Under the pieces are notes generated by a model that saw only the letters and a list, made by a program, of their open reading frames with translations, made no database searches and was not told where the DNA came from. Shown piece by piece: positions 1-10,723 of a stretch of DNA of 64,000 nt (the stretch's first letter is position 1; every line of letters begins with the position of its first letter). Location: the IMG/VR virus record IMGVR_UViG_3300033997_000243, positions 255,519-319,518 of that record. One strand, written 5' to 3'. Both the position numbers and the translations under genes were made by a program.

Positions 1-1744
1 TATCACGATTAGAGTCAAACCACCCAAGTTCATCCAGGGCTCCGAGTATACGAGTACGACCACGAAGTACACGTTTGTCTGGAGTTGCCGGATAAAGTTT
101 AAGGTTTCTATGACGATAATCAATAAAGGTATCTTTTAGCTTTAGTAGAACTTCTCCGTATTTCTTTTCATAACGACGAAGCATTAAGTGATAAGCTTTA
201 AACCAAGGACTATTATTTATGTAACCGAGAAAAGGTTCCCATAAGTTTTGTGTTGCTTGTCCAAGTGTAAGTGCAAGGAAAGTTCCATGCAATATTTCGT
301 TATTACGAATATTGAAAAGTTCAGTTGGTTTACCACACATCAAAAACAAATGCACTATATAAGCACTTATCATGGTAACAACCGCAGACTTGCCGCTGTT
401 ATGTGAATCAATGCCATTGGTAATAAAATGTTGTGTGATAGGCATTGTAACATCGTACATGACTTCAGTTCTATCTGTAACTCCGCAGCTAACAACGGAT
501 AAAAGATGCCGATTTCTTTTGACGGATCTGTGATCATCAAATAATATATTTCGGTTTTCGTTTGAGATAGAAATGGAGATTGTTTCTGAGGTATTTTGAA
601 TTGTAGGCAGAATGCCAATGTTTAGCAGCAAGGCATAAACATCTTTTACTAATTGGCGGTAAGCAATAGGATATTGCGTTGTGTTGTTGTCGAATATTCC
701 ACGTAGAAATTCTCGACAATTTTTCATACTATATTTTAAAAGATCTGGATGTAAGCCTTTACCATCCACTGTATCGACCAACAAGTCTAGTCGATTTGTA
801 ATATCAGATCCTATAGAGCGTAATTCATCAACTGTATAAGGGCAGTTTAAATTTCCCCAACAATTTTGTCCGGTTTGTACAACAACTTGCTCACCAGCTT
901 TTATTTGGTGCAAAGCACGATAACCAAACTTTTCAACACGAACAGGATGGTCAAGAGTTCCACTTAAAGTAGATCCATTATCCAGCTGTAGTGTGTAAAC
1001 GTGTTCGGCTTTCGTTATATAAAATTCTTTTGTTGTCTCAAGCTTTTCACCGTTGAATACAGGATATTTAAAATCATTGTAACCCTGTTTAGCATTGCGC
1101 GGAACAAGATCTCCAATTCTTTCAATACCTTTTCCAGTGAAAATATGAGTATCGCCAGTAACACAACGCTGTCCAGCAACAACTACAAGTTCGTTATAGA
1201 AATTTAGTTCACCACTTGCAATAAGTTCGGATTTACGTGCGCCACACTTTGGACAAACACCATGATGCAAAAGAGACACTTTTCTGGAAAGTGTTGCTAA
1301 TGGTTCATCTGCCGAGTGTCCATCATCAGAAAACCATTTTAAATCAGAACATTCAGGTCTTGGACAATACTCAGCAAAAAGTTTGATACCTATTATGGCC
1401 TGTTCGAGATAAGGCGTGGAACTAAGAAAACTTTCATCGTTAGCAAACTGTAAGAAGTTTTTTGCTATCGGCATAGAACTGTCATCTATACGCAAATCTT
1501 TAGAGATCGGCCTAGCATTATCCAGTTCATCATATATAAGTTGTTCGAGATCTAAGACTTCATGGCCATCTTCTAAATCATGCTTAAAATGATGGCCATC
1601 ATCGTCGTCATCGTCGTCATGTACTATTGTGACGCTTTCATCGTCATCTTCACCCAACAAATTGAATAAATCATCTAATGGTTTAATTGCACTAGGTTTT
1701 TTGGCTTTACCTATTGGCTTCTTTTTCTTTATCTGCTTTACCAT
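1..1744 (-). CDS. terL: Terminase large subunit, intein-containing (3' end beyond window)
   Basis: Manual translation from ATG at 1744 is open to the window edge. The spliced Walker A reads VVVAGQR/SGKS, followed by LRGRTRILGALDELGWFD (motif III/Walker B). Confidence 0.9.
   Translation of the reverse strand, partial: MVKQIKKKKPIGKAKKPSAIKPLDDLFNLLGEDDDESVTIVHDDDDDDDGHHFKHDLEDGHEVLDLEQLIYDELDNARPISKDLRIDDSSMPIAKNFLQFANDESFLSSTPYLEQAIIGIKLFAEYCPRPECSDLKWFSDDGHSADEPLATLSRKVSLLHHGVCPKCGARKSELIASGELNFYNELVVVAGQRCVTGDTHIFTGKGIERIGDLVPRNAKQGYNDFKYPVFNGEKLETTKEFYITKAEHVYTLQLDNGSTLSGTLDHPVRVEKFGYRALHQIKAGEQVVVQTGQNCWGNLNCPYTVDELRSIGSDITNRLDLLVDTVDGKGLHPDLLKYSMKNCREFLRGIFDNNTTQYPIAYRQLVKDVYALLLNIGILPTIQNTSETISISISNENRNILFDDHRSVKRNRHLLSVVSCGVTDRTEVMYDVTMPITQHFITNGIDSHNSGKSAVVTMISAYIVHLFLMCGKPTELFNIRNNEILHGTFLALTLGQATQNLWEPFLGYINNSPWFKAYHLMLRRYEKKYGEVLLKLKDTFIDYRHRNLKLYPATPDKRVLRGRTRILGALDELGWFDSNRD
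398..1165 (-). mobile_element. Intein (256 aa) in the terminase Walker A motif
   Basis: Starts CVTGDTHI, block B GTLDHPV, ends TNGIDSHN followed by Ser; remnant LAGLIDADG-like FLRGIFD. Confidence 0.92.
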
Positions 1745-2516
1745 CACGAATTACCTTAGATTTTTTCATTCCAACGCCAGCAACATATCCGGCAGGATTG
1801 TCCAGTCTTTCTTGGTAACGTCTGTGCTGTTGAGCCGCAAGATTATTTTTAGCTAGATAACGCGCAGATGCAAGAGCATCAGTTACATAACCTATAATAT
1901 AAGCTTGTCGGGTTTCTTCACTTAGGTTAGTCAATTGTTTTAGGATAAGGCTAACGAAATCAGTCTTGATCGCGTTATGAATATATGGAATCATATCAAC
2001 GCTTATCTCAAATTCAGATAAGCCGAGTCCGTCTTTTGCAAATGCCTCTACATAAGCAGAAGCTTCATCAATACCTAAAATTTGAGGAAGATATTCTTTT
2101 ATAAAAACATCTTTTATCAAACCTGATTTAGTTTGAAGTATTTTAGGAAAGTTTTTTATATGGGCAGTTTTTAAACGTATCAGATTGTCAGGTGGAGAAA
2201 TATCAACTTCGATGTCAACTTCCTGCATGACTTCTTTTTGTTCGGCTGTTCGTTTGTAGCGAGAAAGTTTGCTGAGATCTACAGTTGTATATTTTTGTTG
2301 AATAAAATCTTGTTCAAAGCTTTCTTCGACAACAACTTGTTTGGCTTCAGGTGGGCGGATTACAATGTGGCATACAGGTTGAAACCTTGGAAGCTTTTTG
2401 ACTTTGACCGTTTGACCGTGTATATAAGGTTCACACAAAGATTCTTCTATTTCAACCAAGGGTATTGTATGTTCTGGCAATACTCCATAAGGACTATTTT
2501 CTGGTGAACTAAACAT
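1707..2516 (-). CDS. Hypothetical protein overlapping the terL start (possible terminase small subunit)
   Basis: 269-aa ORF with RBS; the small-subunit guess rests on position only. Confidence 0.6.
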   Translation of the reverse strand: MFSSPENSPYGVLPEHTIPLVEIEESLCEPYIHGQTVKVKKLPRFQPVCHIVIRPPEAKQVVVEESFEQDFIQQKYTTVDLSKLSRYKRTAEQKEVMQEVDIEVDISPPDNLIRLKTAHIKNFPKILQTKSGLIKDVFIKEYLPQILGIDEASAYVEAFAKDGLGLSEFEISVDMIPYIHNAIKTDFVSLILKQLTNLSEETRQAYIIGYVTDALASARYLAKNNLAAQQHRRYQERLDNPAGYVAGVGMKKSKVIRDGKADKEKEANR

Positions 2517-2567
2517 ATTTTTATTTCCCCAAAGAATAGAGGCACAAAATGTGCCTCTTATCTAAGT

Positions 2568-3935
2568 TTACGATAACGCATTAAGACCAGCATCTTCATC
2601 ATCTTCATCAACGTCAGACCCGCCAGCAGCACTTGCTCCAAATTGAGAACCTGCAACTCCGGGTAAGTTTGAAACACGCATTGTTTCAAATGTCTCTTGC
2701 AACTCAAGACGGAATAATTCACCGTCACGCGCTTTAACAACATCGATTGGTAATATCTTCGTAGCACGAACTTCAGGTTTACTATAGTTCCAAGTCCACA
2801 CAATGTCCGCGTGTTCTTTCATACCACGAGAATATCTCAGATTGTTACTATCGCTATCTAACTGAGCAAGAATTATAAACAACACTTTGAATTCAGTTGC
2901 ATAAACTTTTGCTTTACGACAAATAGCGCTTAGCATACGCCACTGGTTATCATCGTCTACACCTTCAAGCAAACTAATGTAGTCAAGAATAACAACATTG
3001 TAACCAAAAGGTTTGACCATGTTAATGACATCATCTATCGTCATTGAACCATCAGGACTCGAATAACTAAATTTGCTGCCAAGTTTTTTCAGTTTCTTAT
3101 CGTGCTTTAAGGCAGCACGTTCTATTCTTTTCTTCTCCTGTTTAGTAAGCTTGTTTTGTTTGAACTTCCATAATGGAATTCCAGTAAGCATTGAAAGAAC
3201 CCTGTTGGTTTCTTGCTCTGCCGTCATTTCAAGAGTTATCTTGATAGCTGAAAGTCCAGAATTTAAAGAAGTTAGATTATGTTCCAAGTTTGATGCGAGA
3301 ACGGATTTACCGCCGCTCGTTGTACCAGCAAGTAACATAACTCCAGTTGTCGGCAATCCACCATTACGCCTATCGTAATCTGCGTAACCAGTTTTGTACA
3401 TTCGTTCTGTTGGTTTATGCAAAGTTCTGCGTACCAAAGCACGAATAGATCCACCAACACCAAACGTGTGTATTTCTTGTTGCTTTCCAAACTCTTTACG
3501 GTTATTGGCTAGTTGAAGCGCTAACTTATCTGCAAGTTCTTCAGGATCTAAAGAATCCTGTAAATCGAAATAGGAAATAATATCCTTTCCCATATCAAAT
3601 AGACCGCGTAATTTGCGGTAACGATCTAAACGCTCAATTAGAGTCCTTGCCTTTATTTTACTTTTTACAGGCTTAGCATCTGAGTCCGCTAAAAATTCTC
3701 GGACTTTTGCATCGAACGTAGGATCATCAACTATATCATCCCAAACAGGAACACGTTGCTTTGCTTCAGTCAATTTTTTCACACGCAAGAAAGCTTTCTT
3801 TGTTGCAGGTGTATGAAAAAGACTTGCATCAGTTTTTGCAAGCAACATAGTTCTTTGTTTTTCTGGAACGTCAGTGTCGGTTATCGTCTTTAACAAAGTC
3901 ATTTCCGCTAGTGGCGAAAACAATTTCTTAGACAC
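2568..3935 (-). CDS. dnaB: DnaB-like replicative helicase
   Basis: TGY..DRRNGGL, Walker A GTTSGGKS, TLEM, Walker B VVILDYI, LAQL, KARDG. Confidence 0.93.
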   Translation of the reverse strand: MSKKLFSPLAEMTLLKTITDTDVPEKQRTMLLAKTDASLFHTPATKKAFLRVKKLTEAKQRVPVWDDIVDDPTFDAKVREFLADSDAKPVKSKIKARTLIERLDRYRKLRGLFDMGKDIISYFDLQDSLDPEELADKLALQLANNRKEFGKQQEIHTFGVGGSIRALVRRTLHKPTERMYKTGYADYDRRNGGLPTTGVMLLAGTTSGGKSVLASNLEHNLTSLNSGLSAIKITLEMTAEQETNRVLSMLTGIPLWKFKQNKLTKQEKKRIERAALKHDKKLKKLGSKFSYSSPDGSMTIDDVINMVKPFGYNVVILDYISLLEGVDDDNQWRMLSAICRKAKVYATEFKVLFIILAQLDSDSNNLRYSRGMKEHADIVWTWNYSKPEVRATKILPIDVVKARDGELFRLELQETFETMRVSNLPGVAGSQFGASAAGGSDVDEDDEDAGLNALS

Positions 3936-3938
3936 TGG

Positions 3939-4385
3939 TTAACTCCCTTTGCTTTTTTGTTCAAGCGCACCGATTACTACGTTAACCAATTTCAAAGCCG
4001 AATTTTCTAACTCTAAAGCAGATAACCACTGGTCAGCAAGTTCTGCGTTTTGAATAGAGTAAAAAACTTTTTCAGGGCGTTTAGCATCCTGAGTATTTTT
4101 GCGACTCCACACTAAAGGAGGTGTGCCAGCTGCATCCGTTGTTAAAGCATCTACCATTTGCATAATAACTTTTTCTGAAAATGGAAAACGCTTAGACAGA
4201 TTGTAGGACAACATGCTATTAGATATACTCGGATAGCGCTTAAGCGTTTTGAGTACAACATAAAGCAGATTGTTCTTTTCCTCGAACAAGCCCTCAGAAA
4301 CCAACCCAAACAATAGTGACCTTTTTATCAATAAGTCACCGTCCACTTTACTACTTTTTAATAACAAATTTGATGTAGTTGTCAT
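3939..4385 (-). CDS. Hypothetical protein
   Basis: 148-aa ORF tightly packed in the operon. Confidence 0.7.
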   Translation of the reverse strand: MTTTSNLLLKSSKVDGDLLIKRSLLFGLVSEGLFEEKNNLLYVVLKTLKRYPSISNSMLSYNLSKRFPFSEKVIMQMVDALTTDAAGTPPLVWSRKNTQDAKRPEKVFYSIQNAELADQWLSALELENSALKLVNVVIGALEQKSKGS

Positions 4386-4394
4386 TTTACTTAC

Positions 4395-5525
4395 CTAATT
4401 CATGACGCCAAGTTCTAACGCAACTTCCCGTAGTTTTTTATGAACGTAATCGACATCAGATCCCATAAATTTAGCTACAACACTTGCAGTTTCATCAAAA
4501 CCGCGCTCAGCTAAAAAATCTTGACAACTTTTATCTTCTGTACGAATGTATCTTTTCTCACGGAGCCACTGTGTAAACTTGGCTACTTCCCGTCCAACAT
4601 AAACAGCAAGGATGAATCCTTTTTTGGTGTTGCGTAAACGATCAAGCATACGATCTACGCTGAAATCAAAATCACTTCCAGATTTAGTGTGAGCAGATTC
4701 ATCGAAACGATCTTCGATTGAAATTTCTTCACCGTCACCATTGTAACGTGGAGTTATTTGACTCATAGCTTCTACGTTCAACCGATAACGACGATCTGCG
4801 CCTTCACCATCACCAATAAGTGTTTGACGTTTTTCAGTTGTGTACTTATCGATAAGATTGCAAGTTGTATTACGAACACTGGCTCTTAAATAATTCAGCA
4901 TGTGGTCATAACTTAAATTGCACGGCTGTCTTTTATAGTATGCTCTTAAAGCAGCTATAGTAAGTTCAGAGTGAAAATCCTTCTTATCAATATTGTTAGA
5001 CTGATAAACAAATTTCAGTTTGCTTTTAGTCTTATAACGTATAAAGCGTTGAATCGGCTCGGCATACTGAGCAAAGCCATTACGAACCTGCTCAAATTCA
5101 CTTGGGCAAAAAAGTTTGCTTGTTTGCTTACGTTTAACCAAAAATTTGTTTATTGCCGTTCTGTGTATTTTAACTGCGTGAAATACTCGCACAGCATCAC
5201 AACGGCATAAATCAAATCGCGCATAGTTTTCTTCGGCCACCATACTGTTCAAACCACGATAGCCGGACAGGAATGTTGCATAGTAACGCAAATTCAAAAC
5301 AACATAACCTGTTTCAGAAAGAAGTAATCTAAACTGGCTGGCAGAAAGTTCCGTATCATTAAAATTCACAACAGAGGAAATCTTTTTATGGAAATCCGCT
5401 ATATTGGTCTGCATACAAAAATGTTCAACAACATAATTGAACAAATCTTTACATTGCTGAGTATCGTATTCAACACCCAAAACTTTTTGAAAAACGCTTA
5501 CTATGGATCTGGACTCTATTTGCAT
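4395..5525 (-). CDS. Divergent sigma70-family-like protein
   Basis: DKKDFHSELTIAALRAYYK...MLNYLRASVRNTTCNLI resembles sigma region 2.2-2.4; C-terminal HTH-like VVAKFMGSDVDYVHKKLRE. Confidence 0.5.
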   Translation of the reverse strand: MQIESRSIVSVFQKVLGVEYDTQQCKDLFNYVVEHFCMQTNIADFHKKISSVVNFNDTELSASQFRLLLSETGYVVLNLRYYATFLSGYRGLNSMVAEENYARFDLCRCDAVRVFHAVKIHRTAINKFLVKRKQTSKLFCPSEFEQVRNGFAQYAEPIQRFIRYKTKSKLKFVYQSNNIDKKDFHSELTIAALRAYYKRQPCNLSYDHMLNYLRASVRNTTCNLIDKYTTEKRQTLIGDGEGADRRYRLNVEAMSQITPRYNGDGEEISIEDRFDESAHTKSGSDFDFSVDRMLDRLRNTKKGFILAVYVGREVAKFTQWLREKRYIRTEDKSCQDFLAERGFDETASVVAKFMGSDVDYVHKKLREVALELGVMN

Positions 5526-5548
5526 TTTTAAATCCCTGAATAAGAAGG

Positions 5549-6634
5549 TTAGTCTGCCATATCGCCAAGTTCAGTTTTGATCTTACCGCCTTTAGGACTT
5601 CGTTTCTTACCAGAGTTTTTCGTTTCGGCCTGAGCCTCTGCCAATTCCAGTTCCAATTTTTCAAGATAAGCTGTTGACAGATGTTGTCTTAAGTCATCGA
5701 TGTCATCGCTTTCTTTAATATCACGAGGTATACGAATTTTGTTCTTTTTAGCAAACTTCAGAAGTTGCGCTTCTTCCATTTCCTGAATATCTTCAATCGT
5801 GGTTTCACGCTTGTAATCAAGTTCATCCAGTTCGTAATGATCTTCATCCGTTTCTTTATGAGCTTTTGCATAGCCACGGTCAATATCACGAGCAATATCA
5901 ACAAGGCTGTAAACTTGCTGATCAGAACTTTCGCGTTTAATTTTGTTGCGCTTAGCCAACGATCCTATGTCATCAATGTAACCCATGACTCCATTGGTAT
6001 TCAATTTTAATTCAAATGGAAGTTCAAGAGCTTTTACATTTTTAGCGGTCGGTCTGTCCAACTTGGGATCTACAACACGACCTTTGAATTCCATCTGACG
6101 GCGGAAAATAGAAAACTGAGAAACAGTAAATATATTCTTCTCTTTTCCTAAATTTTGGAAAGTCAGTACAATCTTCCCATCATCACTACACACACGCACA
6201 TAATCTTTATCAGCTGAAAGAATACGTGCTGTCATGAAATTCGATAAATAATCTGAAGCCAAAGTTCCACGGAAACGAACATAAACTTTTTGCAAGAATG
6301 TATAACCTTGCTTGCGAGTAATATGTTCGTTTAAAATAGCTGCACCAAAAAGTCGTAACTGTCCATTATCGAATTCACGCATAATATCGGCAAGCTCATA
6401 AAGTGAACTGCCATTTTTCTCAATGCTCTCGGCCAGAGCCACACTGTTGGGTTTAAAATTTTCACAGCTCGAAGAGTATTCAAAGCGACCTTGTTTAATG
6501 CAAGGCGTATCATCACCAGCAATCAACCGCTCTCGTGTGAGTCCAATGCACTCACCACAAGTTAGTTTTTCTTCTGTTATGACTTTTATCTTTATCTGCG
6601 CTTTGTTTACTGATGTCTGTCTTTTTGTTGTCAT
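5549..6634 (-). CDS. Hypothetical protein with N-terminal Cys cluster and C-terminal HEH/Rho-N-like module
   Basis: CGEC...C...C; IQEMEEAQLLKFAKKNKIRIP. Confidence 0.7.
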   Translation of the reverse strand: MTTKRQTSVNKAQIKIKVITEEKLTCGECIGLTRERLIAGDDTPCIKQGRFEYSSSCENFKPNSVALAESIEKNGSSLYELADIMREFDNGQLRLFGAAILNEHITRKQGYTFLQKVYVRFRGTLASDYLSNFMTARILSADKDYVRVCSDDGKIVLTFQNLGKEKNIFTVSQFSIFRRQMEFKGRVVDPKLDRPTAKNVKALELPFELKLNTNGVMGYIDDIGSLAKRNKIKRESSDQQVYSLVDIARDIDRGYAKAHKETDEDHYELDELDYKRETTIEDIQEMEEAQLLKFAKKNKIRIPRDIKESDDIDDLRQHLSTAYLEKLELELAEAQAETKNSGKKRSPKGGKIKTELGDMAD

Positions 6635-7103
6635 TTTTTAATCCTTTGGATCTCAACGTGTGATTGATACAATATAAGATCGTCTGCTCCATATTGGTTA
6701 TCCCCGGAAGATCTTTTTTGAGTAACTCTAATCCTTGCCGAGTTGCTGGATCGGCATGTACCATAGGAAGTAAAGTCATTTTAGCATTGGAAGAAACTGG
6801 AGGACTCAATAATGCCTTGACCAAAATTTCTAACCAAGTTTTAGCTCTAAGTTCTGTCTCAGGATCTGCCCAAAATTTCCTTAAGGGTTTTGGGTTTTTA
6901 GCACCAATACGTGCAACTATAGCATCTGCGTGAGCATGAAGTGTTGTATGGCAAGCTCCATCAATAGGAATTTGCAAACTATCACTACCACCTAACGATC
7001 TTGGAATAGTGTGGTGCCAATGTATATTGGCAAACCAGTTCATACAAATACAGCATAACTCACAGCCGTCGGCTCTTTTTACCACTGGCAGTTTGTTTTC
7101 CAT
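6552..7103 (-). CDS. HNH endonuclease-family protein
   Basis: CCIC...HHTIPRSLGG...CHTTLH. Confidence 0.8.
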   Translation of the reverse strand: MENKLPVVKRADGCELCCICMNWFANIHWHHTIPRSLGGSDSLQIPIDGACHTTLHAHADAIVARIGAKNPKPLRKFWADPETELRAKTWLEILVKALLSPPVSSNAKMTLLPMVHADPATRQGLELLKKDLPGITNMEQTILYCINHTLRSKGLKNDNKKTDISKQSADKDKSHNRRKTNLW

Positions 7104-8445
7104 TTGAAACTCCTAAACTTTTATTTGAAAGCGGAAGTCCCCATGACAAAACTTTGATATTGCCTTTTGTTTGAGCATACAACTTTTTATAGACGGCTGT
7201 TGGTACGATCCATGCCAAGGAAATATCGCTATTAGCAGGACTGGTAGCAAAATCATTTGACATTAAACTATATTCATGGCCGCGAGATCTAGCGTCATCA
7301 AGAAATTGATTAACGCGCTCAAAATAAACATTTGAGGTTTTCTTGTCAAGGAATCGAGCCTTGGAATCATAGATACTTTTAGCTTCTACTCCATGACGTT
7401 TCAAAATAGAGATCATCTTTTCAGAAGTATCTATTTTAACTTGAACCGATTTCAGTTCGGCTTCAAGTTTTTTACGTAATTCAGAGTCCAGAGTTCCAGT
7501 ACGCTTTGCCCCTTCTTTTCTGTTATTTAGTTTTTCACGTTCGGTCAGAAGTTTACGTAACAAACTTTTTTCCGCTTTCATTGCAGACTTGTTTTTTGTT
7601 ACGGCATCGGCAAACTTTGAATCGTCGTGTTTTGTAGCAATCAACAATTCGCTTTGACTTTTGCTAAACTGCAAAAGAATTTGATTAGGTAAAATTAAAG
7701 CAACATCACTGCTATCAGGGCCAGCAAAGCCAAGCGCATCGACACCAGTAAATATGTGACGTAAAAGTTTTGTGCTGCGTAAAGCAACATTTTCAAAGTT
7801 AACTGTAACAGGGCACTGCGTTGGTATTACAGCACTTCTGGAGAAATTTAATTTATCAGATTTTATTTTGCTGACTAATGCTTTGTGTACAGCTTGACTA
7901 TGAACAGCCAATCTGTTTGTCACAAATTCATATTGAGCTTGAGAAAAATCGGCAATCTCTTCGTACTCCTCGACAGGTTCTGCCTTGGATTTTGAAGCAC
8001 CAGAAACTTTTTTGTAGGATTCAACAAAAATGGCATGGCCAACTTCGTCGTCACTTACTTCCATTAAAAGATCTGGATTTTGCTCGATCCTTTTTATATG
8101 GGTCTGCGAAGAATCTTTTAGATCTTGCAATCTGTCAGACATTTCTGTTCTGATCAATTCACAAAATCTAGTGAGATTAATCTCACGATTTTCCAACGCA
8201 TCCTTTAAAGAACGTATAGTGTTAGCTAAATACCGAGCAGGTTTTCGCTGTGCGGTAAATTTACGATCCCGCTTTGAGCTAGAATCGAAGTCAGCTAAAG
8301 CATCTATAGTAGATGATAGGTCAGCCAGTGTTTCACTAGCTTTAGCAAACTTTTTAGGTGTTGCAGCCTTTTTAATCAAATTGTCTGTTGAGCTAATGCT
8401 CGACATCAATGATTGAAGTACCGTCGCGTAAAGGACTTCTGACAT
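7060..8445 (-). CDS. Hypothetical protein with coiled-coil segment
   Basis: 461-aa ORF with RBS. Confidence 0.75.
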   Translation of the reverse strand: MSEVLYATVLQSLMSSISSTDNLIKKAATPKKFAKASETLADLSSTIDALADFDSSSKRDRKFTAQRKPARYLANTIRSLKDALENREINLTRFCELIRTEMSDRLQDLKDSSQTHIKRIEQNPDLLMEVSDDEVGHAIFVESYKKVSGASKSKAEPVEEYEEIADFSQAQYEFVTNRLAVHSQAVHKALVSKIKSDKLNFSRSAVIPTQCPVTVNFENVALRSTKLLRHIFTGVDALGFAGPDSSDVALILPNQILLQFSKSQSELLIATKHDDSKFADAVTKNKSAMKAEKSLLRKLLTEREKLNNRKEGAKRTGTLDSELRKKLEAELKSVQVKIDTSEKMISILKRHGVEAKSIYDSKARFLDKKTSNVYFERVNQFLDDARSRGHEYSLMSNDFATSPANSDISLAWIVPTAVYKKLYAQTKGNIKVLSWGLPLSNKSLGVSNGKQTASGKKSRRL

Positions 8446-8546
8446 TGTGTTAATTTCCCTAATTTTCTGTTTGTTATAATGGGCTAGGCCCGAAAGGTGT
8501 AGAGGATTATAAATTATAATCCTCTTGCCTTTATCCTAAAGCAGCG

Positions 8547-10190
8547 TCAGTCTGCTTTTTTCTTGCGCTTCTTCTCAGACTTTTTAGTGTCTGCGATTGA
8601 AGCATTTACCATCCGTACATACTTATTTACAGATTCGGTCAAGGAAGAAGCGATACGAGGATTAGGATCTTTGTGATCGCGTTTCCATCCTTTAATGTCG
8701 GCAGTAGCAATTTTAATCTTGTCCTGTAGCGCTTTCAGTTCAAGTTTTGCCAGCCTACGCATTTTCAATTCCAAAATGAAAGTAGCTTCATCTTGAGGAA
8801 TCTTCAATGTTTTTGCAGTGTAAGTATCTGGATCATCTTTGTCCAAAGCTTTTTTCATTACTTCCAAGATTTTATTCTTGTTGATAACAGCGTAGGACAA
8901 TACGTTGTATTCCCACAAATCGCGTTCGCGTTTTGCAATAATGTTTTCCAGATAACGCTTTTCCAATTCCACACGATAGCGAACCCAGTTTTTAATATAG
9001 GTCGCAAAGTTACAGTAAAGGAATTTAGCAGTTCCATCGACGTTGTTTATTGTAAGTCCTAAGTTATAGAACTCACTGCCAGTCAACATCTTACGAATTT
9101 TTTCAGCTAAATCAAAAAGGCCGTCATCTGACATTCCACGTTTTGGTACAACATAATAATATGCACCATAAGGGCCAGCGTTCGGACGTTTATCACCACA
9201 GTCACTTACCCAACGACTAACTTCGGGTAATTCTAAAATCTTATCACGTTTTTTAGCAACGCCATCTTCAGATGCGAAACCGGGAGAATAAGAAACAATT
9301 TCAACGATTTTATTTTTGTAATCAACTTGAACTTTCGGACAATATTTTATTGCCTTTGCTCTACCTGTTTCAATAAAGCTTGCAAGTTCTTCTGGTGGGC
9401 TAACGCAATCAGATCCAAAAGGAGCTTGAATTTTTAAATGCTTTACACAATCAGAAGATTTCAAATCGCCTTTTTCCAATACAATTTGAATAAGTTTTGT
9501 AACGCCTTCAATTTCAAAAGCAGGATTACAAGCACGAACACCGTAGGCAATACCACCAGCATTTCCAATCAACAGCATTGTTGGAAGAAGCGAAGGCAAA
9601 TACAACGGAATTTTTTCGCTGTCATCAAAGTTGTTTATACGCGGAACAACTTCAAGATAACCTTTATCCAAAAGAAAAAGTTTGCTGTAATCACTCAAAC
9701 GCGCTTCAGTATAACGCTGAGCTGCCGCCATATCGAGTGGACTGCCAAAATTTCCTCTACCTTGAATAAGTTTTGGAATTGTATTGGCTAACGTAACTAA
9801 TGCACCATACGTTGCAGAGTCACCGTGAGGATGATACTTACCAATTGTATCACCAACAATACGCGCACACTTTTTAAAGTCAGAACCGAATAAATTCAGC
9901 TGAGACATTGCATAAATAATGTGGCGGTGAACTGGCTTTAATCCATCACGGAATTCTGGAACAGCACGATCTTGTACAACGTATTCACCGTAATGAGTTA
10001 AATTTCTTTTTGCAAAGTTTGCCAAATCTTCTTTGACAATAGTTTTCATCAGTACAGTGGAAGGCAGTTTGAATTGATTAGGTTCAACAACTGCGGGTAA
10101 ATTTTTCTTCGACTTTTTATGTTGTTTAATATCTCCCAACTCAGTCTTAGAAACTTTCTTTGTTTTTGCTGGCGGCTTTTTTGATTTCAT
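8547..10190 (-). CDS. gyrA: Type IIA topoisomerase subunit A (GyrA/ParC-like, lacks C-terminal pinwheel)
   Basis: [32 protein letters not shown] (catalytic Tyr), GIAYG. Confidence 0.95.
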   Translation of the reverse strand: MKSKKPPAKTKKVSKTELGDIKQHKKSKKNLPAVVEPNQFKLPSTVLMKTIVKEDLANFAKRNLTHYGEYVVQDRAVPEFRDGLKPVHRHIIYAMSQLNLFGSDFKKCARIVGDTIGKYHPHGDSATYGALVTLANTIPKLIQGRGNFGSPLDMAAAQRYTEARLSDYSKLFLLDKGYLEVVPRINNFDDSEKIPLYLPSLLPTMLLIGNAGGIAYGVRACNPAFEIEGVTKLIQIVLEKGDLKSSDCVKHLKIQAPFGSDCVSPPEELASFIETGRAKAIKYCPKVQVDYKNKIVEIVSYSPGFASEDGVAKKRDKILELPEVSRWVSDCGDKRPNAGPYGAYYYVVPKRGMSDDGLFDLAEKIRKMLTGSEFYNLGLTINNVDGTAKFLYCNFATYIKNWVRYRVELEKRYLENIIAKRERDLWEYNVLSYAVINKNKILEVMKKALDKDDPDTYTAKTLKIPQDEATFILELKMRRLAKLELKALQDKIKIATADIKGWKRDHKDPNPRIASSLTESVNKYVRMVNASIADTKKSEKKRKKKAD

Positions 10191-10230
10191 TGTTTAGTTT
10201 ACCAACTTTTTGTGTAAGCGAACAGGCCGG

Positions 10231-10287
10231 ATTATACCAAAATAAGGTATTGAAATAAACCCCTGATTTTTGACACACTTGGATCAG
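10231..10287 (-). promoter_or_regulatory. Class-I promoter cassette P1 (upstream of gyrA)
   Basis: GTGTGTCAAAAA...TTTATT-N17-TATAAT. Confidence 0.75.
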
Positions 10288-10288
10288 T

Positions 10289-10714
10289 TCATACTAAAGA
10301 TGGTGTTCCTTTAGGTAACACTTCTTTTAAGAATGAAGTGAACTGAACTTGATCATACGGATTATTTGAACTCAAATAAGAAACATATGCTCTTACAGAG
10401 TCAAGACCTAAAGTTGAAAGAGTTTTCTTTTCACTCAATTCATTAAGCAATGTATCTGTCAGAAATTTACTATTCTTACCCAACCAATAAAGACCTGTAG
10501 TGTAAACACGGGAAACGCTACCAATAATATTTTGTGGAGGGCGTTTTATGAAAAATCCGTTCGCATCCACAATAGCTAAGGCCATACACTGCAATCTAGT
10601 CTCCAACAACTTTTTAGGATTGTCATTAACTTCAAGTTCAGCTTTTATCCATCGACAACTTTCTTCGACTACACCTTGAGCCATATACATGAATACAATT
10701 TGTTTTTTAATCAT
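10289..10714 (-). CDS. Hypothetical protein
   Basis: 141-aa ORF with GAGG RBS. Confidence 0.7.
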   Translation of the reverse strand: MIKKQIVFMYMAQGVVEESCRWIKAELEVNDNPKKLLETRLQCMALAIVDANGFFIKRPPQNIIGSVSRVYTTGLYWLGKNSKFLTDTLLNELSEKKTLSTLGLDSVRAYVSYLSSNNPYDQVQFTSFLKEVLPKGTPSLV

Positions 10715-10723
10715 GCAATTTCC

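Noticed and set aside
370-1856. Short ORFs 370-618, 537-719, 1001-1207 and 1629-1856
   Set aside because: They are shadows of the terminase frame, which is open from 1744 to the window edge.
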